A stretch of DNA of 64,000 nt from Nitrospirota bacterium (GCA_016201865.1 JACQCA010000066.1:14867-78866); one strand, 5' to 3'. Positions 8,727 through 18,371 are shown, counted from the stretch's first letter. Translations and numbers: made by a program. The notes: generated by a model from the sequence alone, not told the origin.

Positions 8727-9446
8727 TTACCTGCTCTGCAGAAACGACAATCTCTTTATTTCCTTCTTGATTTCTTCTATAACTTCTCGATTGTGGATGA
8801 TTTTCTTTTGACCCTCTTTTATTGAGATGATATAGAATACTTTACCCCCGTATTTGGTTGTAAACTTTTCATGTGTCTTTTTCTGAAATTCCAGTTCATT
8901 AACTATTTGTGTAATGTAAGCGTATCCCGCTGGTTTAATCTGGAGTCCAATATACTTATCTTTCACCCTGATGAAGAAATCCACATTGTATCCTCTATCC
9001 CATTCATCTGGTGCAGGCTCTATTTTAACCATCAATGCCTGCTGTAATTGTCCGTAGATGGTCTGTATTTCAGACCGATAACCTTCAAATGTTCGATTTA
9101 AGACAAGATTGAAAACATAATCTACGCATTCCTCTTCCGTAATAGATTCCAGTTCACTTTGAATAACCTCAGACAGTTTAATATAGAGCTTTTTACCTAA
9201 TTCTGTGAGGTGTTCTTTCGTAACCTTGGCCCCGTTTCTTTTCTTTTGTTTCGCATTCTCGAAATAATAATTTTCCCATTCTTCAAACGATCGGGGAGAA
9301 CACCGTCGAATCAGATCAGAAGTCGGGCCAACACTATGCGCTTTAGTCAGACCCCATCGGTTCAATGCGTCGTTTAATAATCTTTCTCTTTTGAACTGGA
9401 GATTTTGACCTTCTATCCCCTTTATCCACTCCTTCTGACTGGTCAT
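8727..9446 (-). CDS. Type II restriction endonuclease, MjaI family
   Basis: LNRWGLTKAHSVGPTSDLIRRCSPRSFEEWENYY N-terminus, DEWDRGYNVDFFI...GLQIKP PD-(D/E)xK-like core; low GC; coupled to the methyltransferase. Confidence 0.8.
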   Translation of the reverse strand: MTSQKEWIKGIEGQNLQFKRERLLNDALNRWGLTKAHSVGPTSDLIRRCSPRSFEEWENYYFENAKQKKRNGAKVTKEHLTELGKKLYIKLSEVIQSELESITEEECVDYVFNLVLNRTFEGYRSEIQTIYGQLQQALMVKIEPAPDEWDRGYNVDFFIRVKDKYIGLQIKPAGYAYITQIVNELEFQKKTHEKFTTKYGGKVFYIISIKEGQKKIIHNREVIEEIKKEIKRLSFLQSR

Positions 9447-10750
9447 TTCAATCCCGCATAGTTTGAGAACGCTGATTTGTATTTATAATTTAAACTTGTA
9501 TCCACTTCCGCCAAGCCGTTTTTAATCAAGTGCATATTGACAAAAGTTTTATTTTTGAGAAAAAGGTATCCGAGAACGTTGTTATGCTCATCATGCTTCA
9601 CGTCGTCAAACTTCAAGAAAACTTTCTGTCCTTTTATGAGATTTTGTAAAAAGGCAATCGCCTCTTTCTTTTTCATCTCAATCGGCTTCACGCCAAGGAG
9701 ACGGATCTTGAGGCCTGTATCCAGCTCTATCCGGTCTGGCGACTCCACAGATTTAACAGTATAGAGATTGGCATCCGCTTTTTCTTTTCCATCAATCTTT
9801 GATCCGAATCTGAGTTTTCTTGGATCTACCTTCTTGTCGAACTTCACGGGGTCTCTAAAAATATAGGGCAGCTTTGTAATTTCTTCCTTAAAATCGGGAT
9901 TGGGGTTGGCCTGCTTTACTACTTCGAAATGCGTTGCCTTGGGGAATAGCGTGGATTCGTGTATTTTTAGTTTATTCTCGATAACAGGAAAATATTCGTG
10001 GTTAATTTCATAACCAACAGAATTCCGTCCAAGATTTTTCGCGGCCAGCGATGTTGTTCCGCTACCAAGAAAAGGATCCAAGACAGTATCGCCGACAAAA
10101 GAAAACATCTTTATAAGCCGTCTCGGCAGTTCTTCGGGGAAAACAGCAAGGTGATGATCCTGTTTTTCGCCCGAAAAATTCCAGTGGCCGTAAAAATATT
10201 CGTTCCACTCTTCGGTAGTAAGCTTGGACTGTTCTCTAATTTCCGGCGAAACCTTGGGAGCGTCGCCTAATTTTTTAAACAAGAGAATAAACTCATAGTC
10301 CAATTTTACGATTCCGTTTCTCGGATATGGAAACGAGCCCATCACCGTTGCGCCACCGGTGGTGTTCATCGTAGTCACTTTTTGCCAGATGATCGCGCCC
10401 ATGTAATCGAACCCGATCGTCTCACAAAATTTAGTGATCTCTGTCCTGATAGGGATAACCTTGTACCGTCCATAATAGACAGAGCGAGCGAACTGATCGC
10501 CGATATTGACGCAGAGCCGGCAGCCCGACTGTAAAACCCGGTAGCATTCTTTCCAAGCGAGGTTCAAATTGTTTATGTATTCTTCATATGTGTCGTTGAA
10601 GCCGATTTGATCGCCATGTCCATAATCTTTAAGCTGCCAATAGGGTGGGGATGTCACCACCAGATGCACCGATTCATCCTTGACCTCTCTCATGCTCCGA
10701 GAGTCGCCGATGATGATCTTATGGTTTGTGATCATGTCATGCGGGCGCAT
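9443..10750 (-). CDS. Beta-class amino (probably N4-C) DNA methyltransferase fused to a C-terminal SNase-like domain
   Basis: VVTSPPY motif IV, DPFLGSGTT motif I, HLAVFPEEL; C-terminal KIRLLGVKP...VLGYLF...VNMHLIKNGLA resembles thermonuclease. Start at ATG 10750 (SD GAGG) or 10735. Confidence 0.88.
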   Translation of the reverse strand: MRPHDMITNHKIIIGDSRSMREVKDESVHLVVTSPPYWQLKDYGHGDQIGFNDTYEEYINNLNLAWKECYRVLQSGCRLCVNIGDQFARSVYYGRYKVIPIRTEITKFCETIGFDYMGAIIWQKVTTMNTTGGATVMGSFPYPRNGIVKLDYEFILLFKKLGDAPKVSPEIREQSKLTTEEWNEYFYGHWNFSGEKQDHHLAVFPEELPRRLIKMFSFVGDTVLDPFLGSGTTSLAAKNLGRNSVGYEINHEYFPVIENKLKIHESTLFPKATHFEVVKQANPNPDFKEEITKLPYIFRDPVKFDKKVDPRKLRFGSKIDGKEKADANLYTVKSVESPDRIELDTGLKIRLLGVKPIEMKKKEAIAFLQNLIKGQKVFLKFDDVKHDEHNNVLGYLFLKNKTFVNMHLIKNGLAEVDTSLNYKYKSAFSNYAGLK

Positions 10751-10802
10751 AGGCACCTCATTTCATCGCGGGCCGGACAAATTCTCTAAACGAACAGACG
10801 GA

Positions 10803-11063
10803 TCATTTAAAAAGCTCATCCAGTGTACATCGTCTAACTTTCTTAGTTTTCAGTAACTGTACCCCTTTGCGAATCTCGGACAAAAATGCTCTATCAGATT
10901 GAATGGCGAAAGTTTCTTTCCAACTCTCGAACTCGTCCAGGCCAACCAACACCGCAACAGCACGACCATTTTTCGTGATTGTGATCTTCTCGTTATTGGA
11001 AACCACGCGATCTACCAATTCGCTCAGTTTTGCTTTGACCTCGGAGAGTGGCAGGGTTTTCAT
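10803..11063 (-). CDS. Phd/YefM family antitoxin with no adjacent toxin
   Basis: MKTLPLSEVKAKLSELVDRV...ITITKNGRAVAVLVGLDEFESWKET is a typical Phd/YefM pattern. Confidence 0.9.
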   Translation of the reverse strand: MKTLPLSEVKAKLSELVDRVVSNNEKITITKNGRAVAVLVGLDEFESWKETFAIQSDRAFLSEIRKGVQLLKTKKVRRCTLDELFK

Positions 11064-11086
11064 TAAACGCCCTAGAAATTTGTCCG

Positions 11087-11115
11087 ATTTTACACCATTA
11101 GATGATTTAGATCAA
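11087..11115 (-). promoter_or_regulatory. Sigma-70 promoter of the phd gene
   Basis: TTGATC-N17-TAAAAT on the minus strand, with TG directly 5' of the -10. Confidence 0.55.
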
Positions 11116-11212
11116 AATCACAATGTCGATCAACTTAAATTCTGAACCTTAAACAATTTTCCGTCATGACCACTTTCAAAGTCTGCGATCAGGATAATAT
11201 GCTTCTAATCTC

Positions 11213-11608
11213 TTATCCCTCCATCACCTTGACCATGACGCTCCGCGTCCGTGGCCCGTCGAATTCGCAGAGGAAGACCGACTGCCAGGTTCCGAGAACC
11301 AAGCGGCCGTCGCGGACGATGAAATGTTTTTCGGATCCGATCAGGCCGGCCTTGATGTGGGCGTGGGCGTTTCCGTCGGGATGGCGGTAGGAGCCTTTTT
11401 GCGGAACGAGCCGGTCCAGAACGCCGATCAGGTCGGAATGAAACCCCGGCTCGTTTTCGTTAATCAGGAGACCCACCGTCGTGTGCGGCACGTAGACGAC
11501 GCAGATTCCGTTTTTGACCCCGCTTTTTTCAGCGATGGCCTGGACCTCGGCCGTCACGTCGATCAACTCGGCGCCTTCGCGGGTTTTGACAGCCAACTCT
11601 TCGATCAT
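11213..11608 (-). CDS. yjbQ: YjbQ family (secondary thiamine-phosphate synthase) protein
   Basis: [48 protein letters not shown]; ATG 11608 overlaps the gcvPB stop. Confidence 0.92.
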   Translation of the reverse strand: MIEELAVKTREGAELIDVTAEVQAIAEKSGVKNGICVVYVPHTTVGLLINENEPGFHSDLIGVLDRLVPQKGSYRHPDGNAHAHIKAGLIGSEKHFIVRDGRLVLGTWQSVFLCEFDGPRTRSVMVKVMEG

Positions 11609-13053
11609 GCCGGTCTCCAACGGAGGTCCATCTGCTTGACGGCCCGAACCTCGTCGAGGCGGGCCACAGACTTGGTATGCGGAGCGTTTCGGACCCGCGC
11701 GGGATCCTCCTCAATTTCCTTTGCAATCGACAGCATCGCCTCGCAGAAACGATCGAGGTTTTCTTTCGGTTCGGTCTCGGTCGGCTCGATCATCAGGGCC
11801 TCCTCGACGATCATCGGAAAATTCACAGTCGGCGGGTAGATGCCGTAGTCGATCAACCGCTTGGCGATATCCCAGGCGTGAACATCTTTGTCGCGGAACT
11901 TTTTGGCCGAGGCCACAAACTCATGCATGCAGAATCGATTGTACGGAACCGGATAGACAAGCTCCAGACGCTTGCGGATGTAATTGGCGTTGAGAATCGC
12001 GTTCGTGCTGACCTTTCGAAATCCGATTGCCCCCATGCGCCGGATATAGGTGTACGCCCGGACCAGATTCCCGAAATTGCCATAGTAGGCCTGAACTTTC
12101 CCGATGGACTGAGGCCGACGGATGTCCAGCACATAACCCTTTTCGGTCTTTTCCACGACCGGCACGGGAAGAAACGGAGCCAGGAAGGATTTGACACCCA
12201 GCGCGCCGGCCCCGGGCCCTCCTCCACCGTGGGGCGTGGTGAAGGTTTTGTGAAGATTGGAATGGACGACATCAAACCCCATGTCGCCGGGTCGGCAGAG
12301 ACCGAGCAGTGCATTCAGATTGGCACCGTCCAGGTACAATAGCGCCCCGGCGCTGTGCAGAAGCTCGGCGATTTTTAGAATATCCCTCTCAAACAGTCCG
12401 AGCGTGTTGGGATTGGTCAGCATCAGCGCGGCGGTATCCGGATCCACCAGATGTTTTAGATCTTCCAGATCCACCAGGCCGTCCGCGTTGGAATGAACCA
12501 CCTGCACCTGATAGCCCGCCAGGGTCGCGGTGGCCGGATTCGTTCCGTGAGCCGAATCCGGCACAATGACTTTTCGACAGGGATTGCCGTTCGACCGATG
12601 GTAGGCCCGGATCATCAGCATCCCGACCAGCTCGCCCTGCGCCCCGGCCGCGGGTTGCAGCGTCACACGGTCCATCCCGGTGATCTCACGCAAGGCCGCC
12701 TCCAATTGATACAGTAACTGCAGCGCGCCCTGGGTCTGTTCGGCCGGCTGTAGCGGATGGAGCGCGGCAAAACCGGCATACCGGGCCACGTCTTCATTCA
12801 CCTTCGGATTGTATTTCATCGTGCAGGATCCCAGCGGATAGAATCCCTGGTCAATACCGTAATTGTCGCGTGATAGATTGGTGAAGTGTCGCACCACATC
12901 CACTTCGCTCAACTCCGGCAGGAGCGGCGGGTCTTTTCGAAGATAATCCGCCGGCATCAGTTCGGCGACCGGCACCTCCGGCACATCCAGGTCCGGGAGC
13001 GAGTATCCTTTGCGTCCCGGCACGCTTTTATCGAAAATCAACGACTCACTCAT
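11605..13053 (-). CDS. gcvPB: Glycine dehydrogenase (decarboxylating) subunit 2
   Basis: [38 protein letters not shown] lysine, [15 protein letters not shown]. Confidence 0.97.
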   Translation of the reverse strand: MSESLIFDKSVPGRKGYSLPDLDVPEVPVAELMPADYLRKDPPLLPELSEVDVVRHFTNLSRDNYGIDQGFYPLGSCTMKYNPKVNEDVARYAGFAALHPLQPAEQTQGALQLLYQLEAALREITGMDRVTLQPAAGAQGELVGMLMIRAYHRSNGNPCRKVIVPDSAHGTNPATATLAGYQVQVVHSNADGLVDLEDLKHLVDPDTAALMLTNPNTLGLFERDILKIAELLHSAGALLYLDGANLNALLGLCRPGDMGFDVVHSNLHKTFTTPHGGGGPGAGALGVKSFLAPFLPVPVVEKTEKGYVLDIRRPQSIGKVQAYYGNFGNLVRAYTYIRRMGAIGFRKVSTNAILNANYIRKRLELVYPVPYNRFCMHEFVASAKKFRDKDVHAWDIAKRLIDYGIYPPTVNFPMIVEEALMIEPTETEPKENLDRFCEAMLSIAKEIEEDPARVRNAPHTKSVARLDEVRAVKQMDLRWRPA

Positions 13054-14393
13054 GTAGTGATCTCCTTCACCGCCGTGACCAGTTGATCCATTTCCTCCTT
13101 GGTCCGTTTCTCTGTCACGCAGACCAGCCAGTGATTCTTGAGGCGGCGGTCCATCGTGCCCAGATCCAGCCCGCCGATGATCTTCTGTTTGAACAACTTT
13201 TTGTTGATCCGTGACGGCGAGACCGGCGATTTGACGACGAACTCCTTAAAGAACGGCCGCTGATACGCCATCTCAAATCCCTTGATTTCACACAGGCGGT
13301 GCTTCAAGTAATGGGCCTTCTGAAGACAGAGCCGTCCGATCTCGCGCAGTCCTTGTCTCCCCATGATGGAGAGATAGATTGTTGCGGACAATGCGGCCAG
13401 GGCCTCGTTCGTGCAGATGTTGGAGGTCGCCCGCTCCCGTTTGATATGCTGCTCGCGGGTCTGAAGGGTTAAACAGTACCCCCGGCGGCCTTTGGTATCA
13501 ACGGTTGCGCCCACAACCCGCCCCGGCATCTGGCGGACGTATTCTTTCCTCGTCGCAAAGAAGCCCAGGTAAGGCCCGCCGAAATTGAGGCCGCACCCCA
13601 GCCCCTGGCCTTCTCCCACAACGATATCAGCACCGGCCTCGCCGGGTGATCTCAATAAACCCAGGCTGATCGGATCGGCCGCCACACCCAAAAGTGCAGC
13701 ATACCGATGGACTTCCTGCGCCAGACCTTCCACCGGTTCAAGGCACCCTAGAAAGTTCGGTGTCTGGATCAGGACGCAGGCGACATCCTCCGAAAGCCGT
13801 TTCCCGACCGCAACCAGGTCAGTTGCCCCGTTCTCGGACGGGAGCTCGATGATCCTGGCGTTGGCTCCAGAAAGGTAAGTCTTCAGCACGGCCCGATACG
13901 ACGGGTGGATGGTGGAAGAAATCAGGATTGTGTTTCGTTTGGTGACCTTCACCGCCATCATCGCGGCCTCGGCAAGAGCCGAGCCGCCGTCGTAGAGCGA
14001 GGCGTTCGCCACCTCCATCCCGGTCAGCTCAGCGATCATCGTCTGAAATTCGTAGATCGTCTGGAGTAGCCCCTGGCTCATCTCGGCCTGGTACGGCGTG
14101 TAAGACGTATAGAACTCGGACCGGGAGGCCAGATGGCCTACCACCGACGGAATGTGGTGATCATAGGCCCCTGCGCCTAGAAACGAGGCGTGATGGAGAA
14201 GGTCGGCGTTCCGCTCGCTCAGCCGAAGCATCTCGGTCTTCAGTTCCGGTTCGGACAGCGGCGGGGGAAGCTGCAGCCCGCGCGTAAGCCGGATCTCGGA
14301 CGGGATGTCGCCCAAAAGATCCTCGATCGTCTCGGCCCCGATCACCTTGAGCATCTGTTGTTGCTCTTCTTTTGTATTCGGAATGTATTCCAT
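13050..14393 (-). CDS. gcvPA: Glycine dehydrogenase (decarboxylating) subunit 1
   Basis: [50 protein letters not shown]. Confidence 0.97.
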   Translation of the reverse strand: MEYIPNTKEEQQQMLKVIGAETIEDLLGDIPSEIRLTRGLQLPPPLSEPELKTEMLRLSERNADLLHHASFLGAGAYDHHIPSVVGHLASRSEFYTSYTPYQAEMSQGLLQTIYEFQTMIAELTGMEVANASLYDGGSALAEAAMMAVKVTKRNTILISSTIHPSYRAVLKTYLSGANARIIELPSENGATDLVAVGKRLSEDVACVLIQTPNFLGCLEPVEGLAQEVHRYAALLGVAADPISLGLLRSPGEAGADIVVGEGQGLGCGLNFGGPYLGFFATRKEYVRQMPGRVVGATVDTKGRRGYCLTLQTREQHIKRERATSNICTNEALAALSATIYLSIMGRQGLREIGRLCLQKAHYLKHRLCEIKGFEMAYQRPFFKEFVVKSPVSPSRINKKLFKQKIIGGLDLGTMDRRLKNHWLVCVTEKRTKEEMDQLVTAVKEITT

Positions 14394-14400
14394 GACGCTC

Positions 14401-15492
14401 CTATTTTCCTTTTTTATAAAACGGCCGCTCTACAACCACGGCCGGCACGGCATTGCCGCGAATATCGATCAGGATCTCGCCGCCGACCTCGGCGAAGATC
14501 GTCTGGACATACCCCATGCCGATCCCCTTGTTCATTGAGGGCGAATGGTTCCCGCTGGTCACGATGCCGATCTCCTTGCCGTCCGAGAAGATTTTGTGGC
14601 CGTGCCTCGGCACGCCGCGCCGCAATAGCTCGAAACCGACCAACTCCCGGGATGCCCCGTTTTCCTTTTGCCGGATTATCACCTCTCGGCCGATAAAATC
14701 GTCTTTTTTGAAGTCCACCGCAAATTCCAGGGAGGCCTCGATCGGCGTGGTCGTCTCGTCCATATCGTTTCCGTATAACGGATAGCCCATCTCAAGCCGG
14801 AGCGTGTCGCGGCAGCCCAGGCCGCATGGCTTCAGGCCGACGGCCGCTCCGTTTTTAATCAGGATTTCCCACACGTCGCGTGCACGATCGGACGGAAGGT
14901 ACAACTCATATCCCAGCTCGCCGGTATAGCCGCTCCGCGACAGCAGCATCGGGACGCCGGCCACCTTCGTCTCGATGCAATGACGCAACTTGAGCCGGTC
15001 GAGGTCGGCCAATGTCAACGGTTTCATCAGGTCCCGCGACCGCGGCCCCTGCACCGCCAGTTGGGCCAGATCCATGCTCCGGTCCGTCACCTCCACGCCT
15101 GAAAAACCGGCGGCCTGCTTGGTGAGCCACTGGAGAATTTTTTCGGCATTCGAGGCGTTGGCGCAGACAAAGTAGCGCCGCTCGCCGAAACGGCAGATCA
15201 TGATGTCGTCCAGAATTCCGCCCTGCTCGTTGCAGACCAGCGCATACTGCATCCCGCCGACGGCCAGCTTTTTGACGGGACTGGTCGCCACGCGGTCCAG
15301 GAGGTCCGATGCGGCATGGCCCGTCAGATCGATCCGGCCCATGTGGCTCACATCGAACAGGCCAACGGCCGACCGCGTCGCGCGGTGTTCCTCCAGAACA
15401 CCAGTATACGACAGCGGCATCTCCCAGCCGGCAAACGGCACGATCTTCGCCCCGAGTTTCTTATGCTCATCGTATAACGGTGTGCGCTTCAT
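14401..15492 (-). CDS. gcvT: Glycine cleavage system aminomethyltransferase T
   Basis: KRTPLY...FAGWEMP, GLFDVSHMG, SRSGYTGELGYE, GLGCRDTLRLEMG. Confidence 0.97.
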   Translation of the reverse strand: MKRTPLYDEHKKLGAKIVPFAGWEMPLSYTGVLEEHRATRSAVGLFDVSHMGRIDLTGHAASDLLDRVATSPVKKLAVGGMQYALVCNEQGGILDDIMICRFGERRYFVCANASNAEKILQWLTKQAAGFSGVEVTDRSMDLAQLAVQGPRSRDLMKPLTLADLDRLKLRHCIETKVAGVPMLLSRSGYTGELGYELYLPSDRARDVWEILIKNGAAVGLKPCGLGCRDTLRLEMGYPLYGNDMDETTTPIEASLEFAVDFKKDDFIGREVIIRQKENGASRELVGFELLRRGVPRHGHKIFSDGKEIGIVTSGNHSPSMNKGIGMGYVQTIFAEVGGEILIDIRGNAVPAVVVERPFYKKGK

Positions 15493-15503
15493 CGTTCGTT
15501 GAT

Positions 15504-15725
15504 TTATTTTTCCACAAGTTTTGTTAGATGAATGAGTTTATCCATTGTCAATCCTTTAAGAAGTTTTTTGCGCTCCCGCGTATAGTCGCCCCGTCCTCGA
15601 TCGAAAAGCGCGATAAAACGCAGGGCATTAGCAATCCCCAGCTCATCGCAGAGAACTCCAAACCCTTTGCGATACAACTCCATCGGCGGAATCGGCTTTG
15701 AACTCTTTTTTACTTTGGTCTTCAC
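15504..15725 (-). CDS. Small protein, probable antitoxin partner of the PIN protein
   Basis: ELYRKGFGVLCDELGIANALRFIALFDRGRGDYTRER resembles small proteins commonly paired with this PIN family; start overlaps the PIN stop. Confidence 0.65.
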   Translation of the reverse strand: MKTKVKKSSKPIPPMELYRKGFGVLCDELGIANALRFIALFDRGRGDYTRERKKLLKGLTMDKLIHLTKLVEK

Positions 15726-16174
15726 TTAAGACCTCCTTCCAGGAATTCTGTAGGCCTGACGATCTTAACCCCGATAGCAAGTGATTGTCGTCGAGCAAAC
15801 CTTAGAATGCCTTCATCACAAGTAACAAAAGCATCCGCGCCAGCGGATTCTGCTAATGCAAGGTGCAGGGCGTCAACTCCCGTAAGACCGTGTTGATGTA
15901 TTTGACGGGCTCTGGCTTCAACCGCTTGCGTAAGTGAAGAAATTTCATGATGCATTTCCAGGATGCGTTGGGTTGCCTCGCGACGGTCCTTCCGAGGGTT
16001 ACGGTTATTTTCCGCTATCAGCGCTCCCGAGACAATCAGGTGCACTTTGCCCTTCTCGACGAACTCGATCAATGTCGTTGACGCCTCTGCTTCCAGAGCG
16101 ATCCGTTCATCCGAACGCGCGTCAAATGGACGTTTCAAACAGCACAAATCGATGTAAACCTTCGGGACCGGCAC
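15722..16174 (-). CDS. PIN-domain (VapC-like) ribonuclease
   Basis: VYIDLCCLKRPFD, LEAEA, DALHLALAE, FVTCDE give the PIN acidic tetrad; lower GC than the flanks. Confidence 0.85.
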   Translation of the reverse strand: MPVPKVYIDLCCLKRPFDARSDERIALEAEASTTLIEFVEKGKVHLIVSGALIAENNRNPRKDRREATQRILEMHHEISSLTQAVEARARQIHQHGLTGVDALHLALAESAGADAFVTCDEGILRFARRQSLAIGVKIVRPTEFLEGGLK

Positions 16175-16278
16175 TCCATCATCCCCGCAATGTCGAAAGG
16201 ACGATTATCCGTGGATTAACCTTGGATCTCACCCCTCCCACAGACATGCCACACGCACGCGGGGGGCGGCGAGCAACA

Positions 16279-16365
16279 TGCGATCTTTAGTCGCCGCTGC
16301 TCGCCGTACGACAGATTCCGCACCCAAGCCTCCGCCCGTTCGGCCAGGCCCACGAATTCTAACAG
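16279..16365 (-). pseudogene. Fragment of a LivG-like ABC transporter ATPase
   Basis: Translates as LLEFVGLAERAEAWVRNLSYGEQRRLKIA, the LivG-type signature region, with no start codon, a stop upstream and a frame break downstream. Confidence 0.75.
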
Positions 16366-16466
16366 CCTTAAGGCCCAGGATGCAAGCCGCCGGTCTACGG
16401 CCGGTCCGCTTTGTTTATAATAAGACGGTTCTCATCGATCGCGGCGGGTTAATCGGCTTATGGCGA

Positions 16467-17414
16467 TTACTTTGAAATGGGGTTTCGGGCAAGAAAAGCG
16501 CGGATTAACTCGACCACCTTTTCCGGCTGATCCAGAAAGGCGAAGTGGCCCGATTTGGAGATCACTTGATATTCGACCGGCACTTGTCGAATCTGGCCTC
16601 GGGTCCGCTGGACGAGTTTCTCGCCCTCCTGAAGGACATGATCGTCTTCGGCTCGCAGCAGCAGGAGGTGACGATTGAAATTGGGAAGCATCGCAAGGAC
16701 GTATCCTTCCCGAACATCATTCGCATAGGCCTTGAATCGGTCGCGGACGGCATTTCTCTGGTCCTCTTCCTGAAGCGGCAGCATCAATCGTTCCATCTCC
16801 TCACGAGACGGCTGCTTTTCGCGGTATTTCAGGGAGCCGCTCGAGAGCAGCATCGGGAGTCCTCCGTCCGCGGATTGTTTGAAATAGTTCAGCGTTCCCT
16901 CAAATCCCGGCGTCCAGTTAACGGACTCAAAGCCATTAATACTGACGACGGCCGTGGTAATTTCAGGAAAGTGATGCCCGAACGCCACGGCCAGGCCGCC
17001 GGCTTCCCCGACGCCCAGGAGATAGACGTTGGTCAAACCCAATCCCTTGACAAAATCACGGTAAAGATAGAGAAGATGCAAAGATGAATAATCGCCCTTC
17101 ATTGAAGCCGGGGCTCGGATGCCCGGAGGCTCGACTACGATGACGCGCGCGGAAGCGCTGAGGCGGCTGCTTAATTCCGTCCAGAGCCGGGCGCTGAACG
17201 GGTAGGGAGTCAAAACAATCAACGGATCGCCGCTGCCCTGATCGCTGTAAACGATCGGGACGTTCTGGACGGATATCGAGCGCAGATCCGGCGGAAGGCT
17301 TTTGGGGTCAAAGACGGTCGGCAGCGGAGCGCCGACCGTCGGTCCGGGGCCGCCAACGGTCAATAGACCGGCAACCGTAATCGTCGCGAGACCTCGTGCG
17401 AGAATCTTCCCCAT
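16467..17414 (-). CDS. Exported alpha/beta-hydrolase-fold protein lacking the nucleophile
   Basis: Signal peptide from ATG 17414; VYSDQGSGDPLIVL, LLGVGEAGG in place of GxSxG, SGHFAFLDQPEKV catalytic-His region. The ORF-track TTG start coincides with a -35 box. Confidence 0.8.
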   Translation of the reverse strand: MGKILARGLATITVAGLLTVGGPGPTVGAPLPTVFDPKSLPPDLRSISVQNVPIVYSDQGSGDPLIVLTPYPFSARLWTELSSRLSASARVIVVEPPGIRAPASMKGDYSSLHLLYLYRDFVKGLGLTNVYLLGVGEAGGLAVAFGHHFPEITTAVVSINGFESVNWTPGFEGTLNYFKQSADGGLPMLLSSGSLKYREKQPSREEMERLMLPLQEEDQRNAVRDRFKAYANDVREGYVLAMLPNFNRHLLLLRAEDDHVLQEGEKLVQRTRGQIRQVPVEYQVISKSGHFAFLDQPEKVVELIRAFLARNPISK

Positions 17415-17477
17415 AGCGGTCGTTAAAATACAGCAGAATTCACGGTGTGTCAAGAAAAAAGATGTCCGTATTTCCGC

Positions 17478-17507
17478 TTGACATCCCCTGCCCTCTCCTT
17501 GTAGGAT
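17478..17507 (+). promoter_or_regulatory. Sigma-70 promoter for the 17588 ORF
   Basis: TTGACA-N18-TAGGAT. Confidence 0.5.
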
Positions 17508-17587
17508 GCCGCCTTGTCTGTGATTTCCATGGACTCAAAGTCCGCCCTTCTTTATTGGACTGATTCTATTTCGGTAGGAGGATCCTG

Positions 17588-18187
17588 ATGCAAAAATCGT
17601 TGACGACGCTCCTTGTGGCGCTCTTCCTGGTCGGTCTCTGTGACATCCGATCCGATTCAAACGCAATGATGCAACATCTGTCCCCGGAGCAGCGAGACGA
17701 CGCGATTAAGTACGGAAAACGGGGTGTTCGAAAAGAGGTGGAAGAGTTTATCAAGGAATGGTCGGTGGATAAGGGGAGCATGGGGTCTGCCTTTATCACG
17801 ACCGAATTTCTGGCGTTAGCTTATGCCGCTCGCCAGGCCGCGCTTCAATCGGCCGACTTAAACAGCTTTGATATTGAAGACACGCTTGCAAAAAGCAGCG
17901 GCAAACTCGTGTTCCGGGTCACCTTGTACGGTAATACCGATAACTTCGCCAAGGATTACACAGCCGTTCTCCAGGTCGGCGGGAATATCCTCCCTTCGAC
18001 GTTCTGGAGCAACCCGCCCGGCGAGCCCTATGGGGATGGGAAAACCAAACCGGCCTTCGTAACCGACAGCGATTATTTTTTCCCGGCCGAGGGGATCGAT
18101 CCGAACGCCTCGGTCACACTCGTGGTGCAGAACAAAGACGGCAAAGAGGTCATGAAATTTCCATTTAATTTTGCCGCGTTGCGTTGA
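17588..18187 (+). CDS. Exported hypothetical protein
   Basis: SD AGGAGG, signal peptide, beta-rich C-terminal half; no recognisable family. Confidence 0.75.
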   Translation: MQKSLTTLLVALFLVGLCDIRSDSNAMMQHLSPEQRDDAIKYGKRGVRKEVEEFIKEWSVDKGSMGSAFITTEFLALAYAARQAALQSADLNSFDIEDTLAKSSGKLVFRVTLYGNTDNFAKDYTAVLQVGGNILPSTFWSNPPGEPYGDGKTKPAFVTDSDYFFPAEGIDPNASVTLVVQNKDGKEVMKFPFNFAALR

Positions 18188-18254
18188 TCCGACTGATTTG
18201 AAGCGTTCGCTCTGCCGATTTCCTGCTCCCGGCCGATGAGCTGCAGCTTAAGTA

Positions 18255-18283
18255 TTGACAAATAAAAAAAATTATGTAAAGAT
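18255..18283 (+). promoter_or_regulatory. Sigma-70 promoter for the first cytochrome genes
   Basis: TTGACA-N17-AAAGAT with extended-10 TG and an A-rich spacer. Confidence 0.5.
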
Positions 18284-18371
18284 CAAGACCCAATCTTAAC
18301 GACGATCATATAGGCATGCTGTCCTGCCTGCTGCGGTTTGCAGCAGCGATGACCTTGAAGAAGGAGTGGAC

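Noticed and set aside
8727-10750. Scarcity of CTAG in the window as evidence for the R-M target
   Set aside because: CTAG is under-represented in many bacteria regardless of R-M content, and MjaI-family membership does not fix the specificity.
16262-16305. GGCGAGCA...TGCTCGCC hairpin as a glycine riboswitch or terminator upstream of the gcv genes
   Set aside because: It lacks glycine-aptamer motifs and a U-tract, and lies within the LivG coding remnant.
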